Assembly (NCBI GenBank): GCA_030390025.1
Contig: CM059432.1
Coordinates: forward strand, 142,726,001-142,790,000
DNA length: 64,000 nt
Direction: 5' to 3'
Source of the DNA: Squalus acanthias
Lineage: Eukaryota
Below, in pieces: positions 21,658 through 35,600 of the stretch. The translations under genes and the position numbers were made by a program. A model generated the notes under the pieces. That model saw only the letters and a program-made list of their open reading frames with translations, searched no databases and was not told the origin of the DNA. Within the stretch, counting starts at the first letter, position 1, and each line of letters begins with the position of its first letter.

Positions 21658-21960
21658 CTGGACCCAGTACTTGAGCTGTGGTCTGACCAGAACTGGACAC
21701 TGTGCTCGAGCTGTGGTCTGACCAGAACTGGACACCGTGCTCGAGCTGTGCTCTGACCAGAACTGGACACCGTGCTCAAGCTGTGCTCTGACCAGAACTG
21801 GACACCGTGCTCGAGCTGTGCTCTGACCAGAACTGGACACTGTGCTCGAGCTGTGCTCTGACCAGAACTGGACACTGTGCTCGAGCTGTGGTCTGACCAG
21901 AACTGGACACTGTGCTCGAGCTGTGGTCTGACCAGAACTGGACACTGTGCTCGAGCTGTG
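21658..21960. repeat. 35-bp minisatellite, about 8.6 copies, CR1-derived
   Basis: Unit ctggacactgtgctcgagctgtggtctgaccagaa; minus strand translates as LVRPQLEHSVQFWS. Confidence 0.95.
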
Positions 21961-22029
21961 AAGTTGTGTTTTTTTTCAATTCTAAGTTTTAAGAATTCTG
22001 CACTATCATTTGACACGTTTTGATTTCAG

Positions 22030-22147
22030 ATTTACAATGAAAAGGAACTCCTCCAAGGGAAACTGGATCTTCTCAGTGACACAAACATGGTTGACTTTGC
22101 TATGGATGTGTACAAGAACTTGTACCCCGATAAAGAAATTCCTCAAG
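22030..22147 (+). CDS. EIF3E: eIF3e exon 2 ([39 protein letters not shown])
   Basis: tttcag acceptor, GTAAGT donor, 118 nt, in frame with exons 1 and 3. Confidence 0.97.
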
Positions 22148-23642
22148 GTAAGTTGTACGCAATAAGTTGAGTGCAGTTCAGCAATTAGAATGTCAAATCT
22201 TCGTAATTCACAAGCAGCAGAGGTCTTGTGAATGAAATCCATTCATGGCCTACCCTGTAGAAATATACTTGTGAGTATCTATAACTTATTCTAATCGAGT
22301 TAATTTGGGTTTGATATGTGCTTCTCTTTTAACTGGGATTTTGCAGCTACACTGTGGTGAATTAGCCATGGTGCAACCACGGCTGTACGGTGAATGGAAT
22401 ATATTTTAATGCCAACCTATTTAATGCAATGTTGTGCTGCAATGCCTCTTGCAATAGGTGCAGCAGCCTCTTTGCAACCTGAGGAGGAGGAGTAGGAAGA
22501 ATGGGAGATGTAGGCACACAGAAGGAGGCCGTACTCTGTGACAGGCCTTGAAATTGACAGCAACTGAGCAGTAGATGCTGTGAGACTCTTTTCCCCTGGC
22601 TGGAGAGTCTAGAACTAGGGGGGAGAGTCTCAGGATAAGGGGTCGGGCATTTAGGACCGAGATGAAGAGAAATATTTTCAATCAGAGGGTTGTGAATCAT
22701 GGAATCATAGAAATTTACGGCACAGAAGGAGGCCATTCAGCCCATCGTGTCTGTGCTGGCTGAAAAAAGAATAGGTACGTAAAGAATGCTACATTCTACA
22801 GCAAATGTTTGACTAATAGCTCAATAAGCAGTAAGTGCCACAGTCAGCCTGGAGTTGCCTTGCAGTATGAGTCACCTAAATTGTTTCCAGTCATGATGGG
22901 TTTCTGAATTCCACAGAACCTTGCTGTTCAAAGGGCTACTTAGCAACCTCACTGTAGATGAGGAGAGACTCAACACAGCCTTGTACCGTGTGGTGAAAAG
23001 CCAATATAGGCATCACGAGGTGAAAATCTCATTGTCTTCGGATCAGGAATAGGGCATTCAGTCCCTCGAGCCTGTTCTGTCGTTCAATTAGATCATGGCT
23101 GATCTGTCTCTCATTTTACCCACCTTTGCTCCGTATCCCCCTCTGCCCTTATTTCACACAAATCTTATCAATTTCAGTGGAGGACCCACCTTATGCAGTA
23201 TTCCAATGATCTGACGGGCTTGTTCTTGAAATAATTTGGAGATGAGCCCAGATTAAATAGTTGTAGAGCTATTTGCACGTATATTTAAAGCGACTGTCGT
23301 GACGATGTACCGATTTATTTCTGTACCTGTCCTGTCTAGTGCGCCCCAGCCCACTCTGCTCTGAAATTCCCCCCCCCCTCTGCTTCAGTTGCGCTGTTGG
23401 CGCTCGTCGTGAGGTAACAGGACTGAGACTGCTTTAGTTCAGGTGCCACAATCTCCCTGCTGCTACCTAGAATAGTGTTGTGTCTGTGGATTGATGTGAG
23501 ATGTCTTTTGCTGATTGGCATACTGTTGGACAATCGAGGCTCATTTGGTGGAGAGAGGAAACGTATCGATTAGGAATGTTTCAAACCATCTCCTTAACCA
23601 CATCTGTCGTAAAGATGACAGTATTTAACTGTCGTATTTAAC

Positions 23643-23925
23643 AGAAAGAAAGAGCTTGCATTTCTATAGTGCCTTTCACAACCTCAGAATGTCCCAAAGT
23701 GTTTTACAGCCAATGAAGTACGTTTGAAGTGTAGTCACTGTTGTAATGTAGGAAATGCAAAAGCCAATTTGCACACAGCAACCTCCCACAAACAGCAATG
23801 AGTTAATGACCAGCTAATCTGTTTGTGATGTTGGTTGAGGGATAAATATTGGCCAGGACACTGGGGAGAACTCCCCCTGCTCCTCTTCGAAATAGTGCCC
23901 TGGGATTTTTTACATCTACCCGAGA
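23643..23925 (-). mobile_element. DeuSINE-like SINE, 3' half
   Basis: Tail and body match other copies. Confidence 0.8.
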
Positions 23926-24984
23926 GCTACCACCACAGCTGTAGATAGCGAGGGAGATCTGCATTTGAATTTCTCTATTGTCATGGTGACTTTGGAATAT
24001 ATTCCATGCACACAGCAGGGAAGATCCTCTCCAGTATCCGTGGTGGAGACTCCCACGTCGGATTTCTTTTCACTCCTGCCCCAAACATTCCAAGCTGGAG
24101 CGCTGTGCAGCCTTCCTGTGGCTCTCCTGGCCTGGTGTTCCACTGCCGCGTGCTCCTTGGTGGTTTTCTCCATGTCGCTGTACCAGTGTGGACATTTGCC
24201 AGTTTGTAAATTCTCGGAGGCTGTGGTTGAGAATTGAGCAGCGCCCCTCCCAGCCCTGCCTTCTGTTGTGTGGGTTTATGGAGATGAATTCCAGTTCCAG
24301 TGCTGGACTGCATCTGCCTCCAGAAACACATATTGGCTTTGTTGTTTTTCCCCCCCTTGTCATCATTTTGCAGTCAGGTCTGCTGAGCAGTGACTTGTAG
24401 GGATCAAAGTCCTGATTTCCAGCTTGTTTTAGTGTTTAATTCTTAATTGTGGCTGCTGCCTGATGATTGCAAGGCTTAAAAAGAATTCAGCATAAAATGT
24501 CTGGTAAATGCAGATAATCAGTGCCAGAAACCTGTGTAAAGTACGTTCGCACCAGACAATCTAAATTCCCTAAATGTCTCTTTATTTCTGAACCAAAAAA
24601 ACCGAGTGGTTTTCTGTGCACTTACAGATGCTGCAAACAGTTTTAAGCATGATTGATCTCACACGTAACATGACTTGATGAAGCTGTCACAGAAGCGCTG
24701 TAGTGAAATATTTCTGTATTCCAAGCTGCAGTGAGAACCAGCATGATGTGCATTAGTCACCCATGTGGGGAAGTGCCAGCTTCTAGAAAATAGGCTTGAT
24801 GCTTCCACACAGGGAAGGGGGGAATTTTATAATGTGAAGCATAAAGTGGGTTTAAAAAAAAAACACACTTTTTGAAAAGTCTTCTAAAGGAGAAGTAATT
24901 GTTCTAGCTGGCTCACCATAATTTGCCTCTTCATGTCCTGGAATTGCCGTTGAATCCTTTTAACTGCTGTTAGCTACAGAAAAG

Positions 24985-25857
24985 GAAGCAAGACTTGCAT
25001 TTCTATAGGGCCTTTCATGACCTTGGGTCCAATGTTCCCTCTAATGTTTTTTGAGTACACGGCCCCTTTAACGGGATGTGTGGCCCATTCAAATTTCCGC
25101 GCGTACGCGGTTTTTCCATGTGAAGCCAGCAAGCGGCCTGTGCGGGACTTTCAGACTGCGGTCGCACAGCTTAACGGGAACATTGCTCAGGACCTCACGT
25201 CCTAAAGTGCTTTATTTCGCACTATTCCGAAGAATAGCAGGGGAGTTCTACCCTGTGTTCTGGCCAATATTTATCCCTCAGTCAACATCACTAAACAGAT
25301 TATCTGGTCGTGATCACATTGCTGTTTGTGGGAGCTTGCTGTGCAGAAATTGGCTGCCGCGTTTCCTACAATACAACAGTGACTACACTTCAAAAGTACT
25401 TCATTGGCTGCAAAGCGCTTTGGAACATCCTGAGGTAATGAAAGGCACTATAGAACTTTATTCTATATAGTCTTTATTTCTTTACAGCCAATGAAGTACA
25501 TTTTGAAGTGCAGTCACTGTTGTATTGTAGGAAACGCGGCAGCCAATTTGTGCACAGCAAGCTCCCACAGACAGCAATGAGATGATGATCAGGTAATCTG
25601 TTTTAGTGATGTTGGTTGAAGGGGAAAACACCCCCTGCTCCTCTTCGAATAGTGCCATGGGATCTTTTTACGTCCACCTGAGAGGGCAGGCGGGACCTTG
25701 GTTTCATGTCCCGTCCGAAAGATGGCACATCCGACAGTGCAGCACTCCCTAGGTATTGTCAGCCTAGATTTTATGCTCAAGTCTCTGGAGTGGGACTTGA
25801 ACCCACAACCTTCTGACTCAGAGGCGAGAGTGCTGCCCACTGATCCATGGCTGACCA
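24985..25857 (-). mobile_element. DeuSINE-like SINE with a nested hAT MITE and a nested inverted SINE piece (about 25219-25480)
   Basis: Tail at 24985, head at about 25790-25857; interrupted at 25030-25185 and again by an opposite-orientation copy. Confidence 0.8.
25030..25185. mobile_element. hAT-type MITE (156 bp)
   Basis: TIR caatgttccctctaa / ttaacgggaacattg; degenerate 8-bp flanks cttgggtc / ctcaggac correspond to the SINE site ctcaggac. Confidence 0.7.
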
Positions 25858-26248
25858 CTACAAGCTCATCAGTCAGCAGATCGCAGTGACATTTGGCATG
25901 TTCTGAGATCCTTGCTAGCGACTGGGAGAAGTTTAGGTTGGACATCAGTTGAGTCCCTGTGTGCTAACTTGGAGAGACGATTGCTGAGTCTCGGGAGCTG
26001 GGAGAATAATCTGGAACATCTACATTCTCCCTTTAACTTATCAATCAGTAGCAGATTTATTTTTTGGGGGAGAGGGGTTGTTGGGAGGAGAGGAGACCTT
26101 CACCCACACCCCCACTTAGCAGCACCTTGCGCCTAATCGTTCAAAAGAATCCAAGAAAAGTTGAAAGTCAGTGATAATTTGAAGACTTTCCTTGTACAAA
26201 AGCACTCCTGTGACCATTTGAGTGAAAAGGATGTGTTTGAATTTTTAG

Positions 26249-26366
26249 CTCTGAGAGAAAAACGCACAACTGTGGTTGCACAACTGAAACAGCTCCAGTC
26301 TGAAACTGAACCAATTGTGAAGATGTTTGAGGACCCAGAAACTACGAGGCAAATGCAGTCGACCAG
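26249..26366 (+). CDS. EIF3E: eIF3e exon 3 ([40 protein letters not shown])
   Basis: tttttag acceptor, GTAGGC donor, 118 nt, phase-compatible. Confidence 0.97.
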
Positions 26367-27239
26367 GTAGGCAGACACGAGACCTGATTTCATACGCTTA
26401 CTCGTAACGCAGCCATGTTCCGTTTTTATTTATCTAGCAGTCATTTGTGTAAATCAAATGGAGATGACCTTCATGCCAGTTGCCTGATTTGGTTTTAAAC
26501 CTGTGTCGCACAGTTGAAAGCAGAGCATGACGATAAGCTGTCCCACTCATGATCTCAAGTTGGGTGTTGTCCGAAGTGCCTTGACACTTGACACCTTGGA
26601 GATCTGTGACCTAGTTGAATATTTAATAGAAGATGCTCAATAATGAAAGATTACAGGTGCATCGAAAGATTTCCTGATTGGGATGTTGCATTCTACATTT
26701 ACCCGTTGCATGTTCTACTTATGTTTCATATAATTATACAAACCCAAATATGCAAATGACACACCCGTTTAACTGTTCCAGCGCCACAAATGGGTTTGAT
26801 CTGTCTAGGTGTGGTTGGATGTCGAGCTGCTGACGGGTGTACAGATGTTTGGCCCTACCACGCTTGACGTGTTCTTGTATGCCGACCGCATGATGCAATT
26901 TTTGTTCGAGCAAATTCTGTACATGTGCACTTGTGTTAAGGCTAGTGAAAGGGAACTTTTGACTGATTACCCAGGCATGCTGAATTAATACCACCTGTTC
27001 ATTTTGACTGAGCATGTAATGCGAAAGAACATCATAGCTACCATTTTCCCCAGCTATAAATTGCCACAAGCTGTCCAATTGTAGCCCTGCGGTTTTCCGT
27101 ATGCATAAATTACAAACAATTTAAAGCACTTTTCTTTGTTTTAAAAGAAAAAAGCACCCGTGTGCTCCTTGCGTCCCAATATAGTCTATTCAGTGGGTTC
27201 GTTTTTAGTACTTTCATCAAATGAGTTGGCTTAAAAAGA

Positions 27240-27705
27240 AAAAAAGAGCTTGCGTTTTAATAGCGCCTTTCACGACCACCAGACATCCCAAAGCGCTTTA
27301 CAGCCAATGAAGTACTTTTGAAGTGTAGTCACTGTTGTAATGTCGGAAATGCAGCAGCCAATCTGCGCACAGCAAGATCCCACAAACAGCAATGTGATAA
27401 TGACCAGATAATCTGTTTGTGATGTTGATTGAGGGATAAATATTGGCCCCAGGACACCGGGGAGAGCTCCCCTGATCATCTTCGAAATAGTGCCATGGGA
27501 TCTTTTATGTCCACCTGAGAGAGCAGACGGAGCCTCGGTTTAACGTCTCATCCGAAAGAAGGCACCTCCGACAGTGCAGCACTCCCTCCGTACTGCACTG
27601 GGAGTGTCAGCCTAGCTTTTTGTGCTCAAGTCTCTGGAGTGGGACTTGAACCCACAACCTTCTGACTCAGAGGCGAGTGTGCTACCCACTGAGCCACAGC
27701 TGATA
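27240..27705 (-). mobile_element. Full-length DeuSINE/SacSINE1-like SINE
   Basis: Minus strand tggctcagtgggtagcac (A-box) ... ggttcaagtccc (B-box), central body, A/T-rich tail. Confidence 0.88.
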
Positions 27706-28159
27706 CTAAAACATTAAATAACACATTAGAACTAATCTTTGTGAGAAGTAATGTAATATGACTATAGTTTCCAGTACTGGCCCAGTGTTCTATCGCCTTT
27801 CTCCCGCAGCCCCCCCCCTCCCCTCCCCTCCTCCTCCTCCGCAGTTTGGTTTCCACACTACAATACCCCCAATTTTTAAGGCTACTCTAAAACTGGCTCC
27901 AATTAAGTCCATGCTAGCAGGTTGGCTTACATATTTCTTGCTCCCTCAGTGAGCAGGTTGAGAAATGGGGGTGTAAATCTGTAGCTTGCCACTTGTTGAA
28001 GTTGCAGACATACACCTGCAGCCTGTGCTGCTACATATTACCAACCGCTGAAACTCATTCCTTTAAGCTTCATGTAATCTGAATGCAAGCTGTGGTCATT
28101 AGTTCTCCAGTTGCTCATCTTGTGTAAGCTTGCTGTAAAAGATTCGTCATGGCAACATT

Positions 28160-28435
28160 TTTAAAGATAAATGGCAAAAGAACCAGTGGGGGGATGGTGT
28201 AGAGATGAGCATTTTTTTTTAACGCAGTGAGTTGTGATCTGGAATGCGCTGTCTTATAGGGCGGTGGAAGCCGATTCAATAGTAACTTTCAAAAGGGATT
28301 TAGTATTTGAAAAGGAAAAATTTACAGGGCTACGGGGAAAGAGCAGGGGAGTGGGACTAATTGGTGAGTTCTTTCAACAAGCTGGCTCAGGCACGATGGG
28401 CCGAATGGCCTCCTTCTGGGTTGTAAGATTGTATG
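28160..28435 (+). mobile_element. CR1 3' end
   Basis: VIWNALSYRAVEADSIVTFKRDL and gggccgaatggcctcctt terminus. Confidence 0.75.
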
Positions 28436-29629
28436 GCAAATAGTGATAACTTCTCAACCTGCAAATGAGCTGCCAAAAATGTGACCTGTTCGTTAGGAGA
28501 TGTCATTACTGTGCATTATCTTCACCAGAGCACTGTTTTAAAGGGGTGGGTGGGGGTCAGAAACTTCAGACGTACTTACGTTATTAAAATCTGGGCAATG
28601 GAGTAGTTTAATTACTCAAGTGGAATAGTTGTTTCATTTATCACAAATTCGAAAGACGTGTTTTTTTTTAATAAAACTCAATTTTATTCATTTCCAGCTG
28701 AATAGTGTTTCAAATGCTGATCGTTTCTCCTTTAGCTACCTACTTTTTTGTTGTAACTCTGCGCATTAATTGATGTTTCCAGTTATGAGTATTGCTGCTA
28801 AATGATTTTAGCATGTAGAATGGTACGAATAAAAAAAGTTTATGTAATTTTTATAATTATATTCAGTGTAATTTTACTGATACATTAAAGCGCGCATTTT
28901 ATTGAAGTCCTGGCTCTGTGAGGTAGCAACAGATTGTAGAGCTTTGGGGGATCAAATGAGAGGCTTTGGTTGTATGTTTGTGGATCAAAGTTGGAGGACA
29001 GATTGTAAAGTGTCATTAATACATTTGACAAGCCACATCAAATGCAGGGCAGTGAGCAGCCCAGAATGTTTTCTGTGTGAGGGACCACAATTGGAACTGA
29101 AGCTTGACTTAGAATGAAGGGCCACAGACAAATGGGTCTTGTCCTGACATGTTCAGAAGTATTTGAAGACGTTAGTCTTGTGTGAAATATGTCTGGGGAT
29201 TGTGCAGTGACTTTGACGGGCCTGGTGACTTTCCTGCTGCCCCCGGCTACCTGTGACTAGCGGAATAAGTAAGTCTGTCATATTTCGGAAGTTTATTTTA
29301 AATACACGCACAATTAAAAGTTCCACTGGTGTCAGGATTCTGGCGGTGCAGCTGGTTGATGGTGGGCTGCGAGGTGAAGCCAGCGATTTCCCAGTGTGGT
29401 GAGATCCTGTTCTCAGCAATGTCTTTGGAGGAAGTTAGGAAATGGAAAGCGAATCAACCTTTTCCCATACTTGTGTGTCCCAGCAATGGCCTTGGATTGA
29501 CGACTTGCTTGAAGATGCTTTCAGTTCTGCACTTGTTTTGGCTGGCATTTGACCATGGCTGTGGAAATACTGACCGCTCAGGTTCTTCCTGGCTGTCGGC
29601 GAGAGGATAGGTTAATTTAGGAAGGCGGT

Positions 29630-29900
29630 ATAATAACAACAACAAATTGTTGTAGTAAAACATCCCAAGGCGCTTCACAGGAGTGTGATAAGACAAAAAT
29701 TTGACACCGAGCCGCAAGGAGATATTCGGGCAGATGACCAAAAGCTTGGTCAGAGGTAGGTTTTAAGGAGTGTCTTAAAGGAGGAAAGAGAGGTAGAGAG
29801 GTTTAGGGAGGGAATTCCAGAGCTTAGGGCCGAGGCAACTGAAGGCACGGCCACCAATGATTGAGCGATTATAATCTGGGATGCTAGAGGGCAGAATTAG
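29630..29900 (-). mobile_element. L2 3' end
   Basis: GGRAFSCLGPKLWNSLP; (caa)n tail. Confidence 0.75.
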
Positions 29901-30159
29901 GCGAGTGCAGCTATTTTGGCAGGTTGTGGGGCTGGAGGAGATGGATTCTAAAAAGGATGATGAAACAATGAGGGTAAAGAGTGAAGTGGAAGGGGCAGGA
30001 ATGCTGGGGAGGTGGGATGAAATGAATGAAACAAACTGCACAGCAAGTACATCAGAAAGCACTATCTCACACAAAGTAGAGGATATCTGGACTCTCTCAA
30101 AAGGCTGTGGATCATTGAAATTATAACGACTGAGATCGATAGTTTTTTGTTGGGTAAGG

Positions 30160-31775
30160 TCCCCACCATCACAGAAGCCAGTCTTCAGCCAATTCGATTC
30201 GCTCCACGTGATATCAAGAAACGGCTGAGCACACTGAGCTCAATGGCTATGGGCCCCGACAACATCCCGGCTGTCGTGCTGAAGACTTGTGCTCCAGAAC
30301 TAGCCGCGCCTCTAGCCAAACTATTCCAGTACAGCTACAACACTGGCATCTATTCGACAATGTGGAAAACTGCCCAGGTATGTCCTGTCCACAAAATGCA
30401 GGGCAAATCCAATCCGGCTAATTACTGCCCCATCAGTCTACTCTCAATCATCAGCAAAGTGATGGAAGGTGTCATCGACAGTGCTATCAAGCTCACTGAT
30501 GCCCAGTTTAGATTCCGCCAAGACCACACGGCTCCAGACCTCATTATAGCCTTGGTCCAAACATGGACAAAGGAGCTGAATTCCAGAGGTGAGGTGAGAG
30601 TGACTGCCCTTGACATCAAGGCAGCATTTGAACGAGTGTGGCATCAAGGAGCCCTAGTAAAACTGAAGTCAATGGGAATCGGGGGGAAAACTCTCCATTG
30701 GCTGGAGTCATACACAGCACAAAGGAAGATGGTTGTGGTGGTTGGAGGTCAATCATCACAGCCCCAGGACATCGCTGCAGGAGTTCCTCAGAGCAGTATC
30801 TTAGGCCCAACCATCTTCAGCTGCTTCATCAATGACCTTCCCTCCAACATCAGGTCAGAAATGGGGATGTTCGCCGATGACTGCACAGTGTTCAGTGCCA
30901 TTCACAACTCCTCAGATAATGAAGCAGTCCATGCCCACATGCAACAAGACCTGAACGACATTCAGGCTTGGGCTGATAAGTGCCAGGTAACATTTGTGCC
31001 ACACAAGTGCCAGGCAATGACTATCTCCAACAAGCAAGAGTCTAACCACCGCTCCTTGACATTCAACGGCATTACCATCGCTGAATCCCCCACCATCAAT
31101 ATCCTGGGGGGGGGTCACCATTGACCAGAAACTTGACTGGACCAGCCACATAAATACTGTGGCACCAAGAGCCAGGTCAGAGGCTAGGTATTCTGTGGTG
31201 AGTGTCTCACCTCCTGACTCCCCAAAGCCTTTCCACCATCTACAAGGCACAAGTAAGGAATACTCTCCACTTGCCTGGATGAGTGCAGCTCCAGCAACAC
31301 TCAAGAAGCTCTACATCATCCAGGACAAAGCAGCCCGCTTGATTGGCACCCCATCCACCACCTTAAACATTCACTCCCTCCACCACCGGCACACCGTGGC
31401 TGCAGTGTGTTCCATCTACAAGATGCACTGCAGCAACTCGCCAAGGCTTCTTCGGCACCACCTCCCAAACCCGCGACCTCTTCCACCTAGAAGGTCAAGG
31501 GCAGCAGGCGCATGGGAACACCACCACCTCCAAGTTCCCCTCCAAGTCGCACACTATCCTGACTTGGAAGTATATCGGCCGTTCCTTCATCGTCGCTGGT
31601 TCAAAATCCTGGAACTCCCTCCCTAACAGCACTGTGGGAGTACCTTCACCACACGGGACTGCAGCGGTTCAAGAAGGCGGCTCACCACCACCTTCTCAAG
31701 GGCAATTAGGGTTGGGCAATAAATGCTGGCCTTGCCAGCGACGCTCCGATCCCATGAACGAATTAAAAAAAAAAT
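30160..31775 (+). mobile_element. Family A LINE with RT domain, 5'-truncated
   Basis: ORF 30147-31124: GPDNIP, NYCPISLLSIISKVME, LDIKAAF, MFADD; 3' tail with A-run; inserted into a CR1 tail. Confidence 0.9.
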
Positions 31776-31859
31776 ATTGAGCGTAAATGGAGTTGAGGTA
31801 TAGGTCATCCATGTACTAATAGAACAGCGGAACAGGCTCAAGGGGCTGATTTCACTCCC

Positions 31860-32645
31860 AAATGGCCTAGCTCTAATTTAAGGTTATTCCCCCACCAGAG
31901 GAGATGGTTTCACTCTATCTAGCCTATTGAATCCCTTTATCATTTGAATACCTCGATTAGATCACCCCTCAACCTTCTAAACTCGAGGTAATACAACCCA
32001 AGTTTATGCAACCTGTCCTCTCAATTTAATCCTTGAAATCCGGGTATCATTCTGGTGGTTCTGCCATGTACCCCTCCACTATATCCTTCCTGAGGTGCGG
32101 TGCCCAAAACTGAGCGCAGTACTCTAGATGGGCTCTGACCAAGGTGCTCTACACTGAAGCATCACTTCCTCCACTTTGTATTCCAGCCCCCTTGAGATAA
32201 AAGTCAGCACTCCATTGGCCCTTTTGATTGCTTTTCATACCTGTGTACTCGCCTTAAGTGATTTGTGTACATGGACACCTGAATCCCTTTGCTTCCCCAC
32301 AACTCATGGTCTCTCCACATTTAAAACAAAATATTCCAATTTGTCTTTCTTGGATACAAAGTGGATGTAGTCACACTTGTCCACATTGAACACCATTTGC
32401 CATTTTGCCCACTCACTCAGTCTGTCTTGTGTCCCTTTGTAACCTCCTGCTCCCATCTATACGACTTAATGTGCCTCCCAACTTAGTGTCACCTGCAAAC
32501 TTGGATATACAACTCTCGATTCCTTCACCCAAGTCTTCAATAAATATGGTGAAAAGCTGAGACCCCAGTACAGATCCCTGGGGAACAGCACTTGTCACAC
32601 CCCGCCAATCCGAGTATGTGCCTTTTATCCCGACTCTCTGTCTCC
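31860..32645 (-). mobile_element. CR1 LINE fragment
   Basis: RRQRVGIKG...VTSAVPQGSVLG...SKFAGDTKLGG. Confidence 0.8.
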
Positions 32646-35600
32646 TACCTACAAACACATGTCACAGGGTTTCCTCCAATCCGGTGCGTTGACCAGTATA
32701 TCGCCAGAGCCAATTCTGTATAAGACACACTTTCGCACAGCAGATTGACCCACTGACCTTTAATGCGGTCACACCAATGTTTACGCGCTCTCCATTTTAC
32801 TTGGCTGCAACTAGTTTTAAAGACAATGAAAATCAAGTTTTGTGAAAGTTGCTCCCACCTCTTAAAATGGACAGTGCGAGCCAGGAAAGGAACAAACCTA
32901 AGCAAGAGATATTCAAGTTAGAAAAGGATTGTGGTAAGCGAGAAGTAAAATTAAAATACACGTAGGACAGAGAACGGGAGGGATGGAGGTCTGACAGATG
33001 AGCAGAGATAATTTATAAAATAAGCACTCAAAATGAATAATTTAAATAGTTCTGGTTTAATACAGAAATTAAGCTGTTGTTATTTGAGTAGCTTTATTAA
33101 GGTAATAGCCTTTGTTTCAGCATGTCGGTGCATAAGTTGGAACCATACAAAGTAAATTGAGCAAGACAGAAATGTTTTTGAACCTGCTGGCAGTCCAAAG
33201 ATGAAGTGTTGTGGTGTATGTTAATTATCAGGGGATACTGCCAGTTATTGTCTGATCATAGCTAGTTTTACTCTTTGGACGTGAGCCCACTAGAAACTGG
33301 GTTGAGACTTCTCAAATCCATTTCACTTTTATTACGATCCTTAAATTCTGACGGGAAGCTTTCCTCCGATGATTGAGAGCTGAATCCAAACCTAGAAGGC
33401 ATTTATTAGCCCATTGTACCATGCGCATGTCTCTGATCAAAGTACTTTTTGAAATCAGAATATTGATCAGAGTGGTCCGGTTAACAGCTATCATGAAGTG
33501 GCCAGAAGAGTAGGTTGTCCAGAGGATCTTTCACACCTGGGGCCTGGGTTCAGATCGATTCAATATGAACGCAGCACAAACTGTCAACTGGGCCCTGATC
33601 GGCTGGTGTGGAGAATCTAAGCAGCATGCTAGTGCCAGAAGCATGCTGTTCAGGTTTGTAAATGAGGCATGTTGTTGGGACAGAACAGGAGCATCAATGA
33701 GCAGGTAAAATTCTCCACATTTACAAAGATAAAATGGCACAGTCTGCCTCACAGTGCATAACAGTAGGAAACTATACAAACCAGAGCGTTACAGATGATA
33801 TTCCTTATTTAAAGAATTATCACAGGCATTATTTTGTTTTCTTGTTTTTTGAAAGCTTTAAAAGAGTGGCATTACTTCAGTTTAAATCACTGGTAGCTCC
33901 CTTATTTCTCTCATCCAGCCTGAACAATCTTTCCAAAAAGTTTTGTTCATGGTCGTTTTGTTTGACAAAATTTGCATTGGCTTGATTGCTTCATAACCCG
34001 GGCAGTCCTCGTGTGTTTGAAATCAAGTCTCTTGGCTGTCTTGGCATGCACTTAGGGTAGCACCATACCGAACCGCAGATATTTAAAATTATGTAATGGG
34101 GTGGGAGGAGGAATAGATTCTGCTGTTGGCAAAAAGGAAATTGAAGCTCTTCAGTGCCTACTTCAGTTATTAAAAAAAATCATAGCTGGGCTGAAATGTA
34201 AGCATGCTGTTCTTGAGTATTGAGTATCAGTGAAATTGGTTTTGAACAGTTAATGAGTTTGACACTGTGAGTAAGCCGAGTTTAACATACCCCATTGGAA
34301 TAGCATGATTTATGGCTGTAGCTTTGGTTCATGACTCCATCTCTACTGATAGTCAACTCCCTCGCGTGGTCTGATTTGGCAGCTCCTCCAAGCCAGTTCC
34401 CCTGTTGATGTACTGAGTGTTCGTTTCAACATGTAAAAAAAATTCGTATGCTGAAGCATGCAATTCTTGGTAACTGATTAAAAAAAAAAGCATTAATGGT
34501 GAGGCTCCTTGTTCATTTGTTTTTAAATCACTTTGCAGACTTGTGTAACATTCCAGATGTACCATCCTGCAGGTCAGTTAGCTCATTACATATTGCTTCA
34601 AAAAGCATGGAATAATGACATTGCAAGCTGTTCACTAACGTTTTCCAGTTCTGCACCAGAAGTATCCTCAGTTTGTCTTCAGTTCTAAATCTGAATTTAG
34701 TGCTTCCTGCGAGGAGCTGTACAGGATACAAAATTGAAGGCTTGAAAGAGTTAGCTGCAGCTTTCATCAAAAGCCACTGCCGAAAGTTCTGGATTTACTT
34801 AGTCAAGTCTTTGAAGAGTAAAGTGTTCTTAACAGTGACAGTTTTGTGACTTTGCTTAGGAATCCGTTTCCCAGCAGAAGATTAGATGCTGCAGCCTGAT
34901 TTGTGAGAATATTGAGACTATTGTATTTGCACTCCATAAATGCCTACTTAAGAGAGATTACAGGTGTAGAAATGTTCTTCAAAGCACAGAGCCTAAACTT
35001 AAGGGTGTGAGTTTTATTGAAGTTCTTACGGTGAAGGAACAATCCATTCGATACTGTAATGTGCTAATATTTAACCCGATGTTCTGTTTGTAGTGACATT
35101 TAAATCCTCCTTGCATAAAATCTGCAGAATATTGTGCTGTCTGAAACTGAAAAGGTTTTCAGTTTGATGGAACACAAAGCTGTGAGAAAAGGCCATTTGG
35201 CACAGGGAAGCTCATCCTCAATGTACCCCAACTCCCCCATGACAGCAGCCAACTGTTTGGTACACACAGAATGTTCTTGTCCCTATTCCTGCCTGGTAGA
35301 TTAATGGTTCTCTATAACAAAGTTCGTACCAATTTAAAAATAATTTTTTTTTTTCTCTTATTTAAATATATGTTTATACTTTCCTGGTTTAATTTGTAAT
35401 TGTAATGTGCGATTAACTATATTTAATATTTTGTATGGTCCCATGAGGTTGCTGCTTAACTGCCCTCTTTCTATGCTGCGGTGCTCGAGCTTCTCTAACC
35501 TTTCCTCACAGATCCTCACTCTTATACTTGTTGCATTTTCCTCTGCATCTTCTCCAGTGCCTATGTGCATCTTGTGACATATTGACCAGAATTATCTGCA

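Noticed and set aside
21658..21960. CRISPR-like array (35-bp repeats)
   Set aside because: Head-to-tail units with no unique spacers, no cas genes, eukaryotic context; the unit is CR1-derived.
23930..24400. Cluster of overlapping short ORFs as a hidden exon or gene
   Set aside because: No recognisable homology or consistent splice signals; cannot be supported.
27630..27705. tRNA gene
   Set aside because: A/B-box sequence is the head of a multi-copy SINE and continues into the SINE body.
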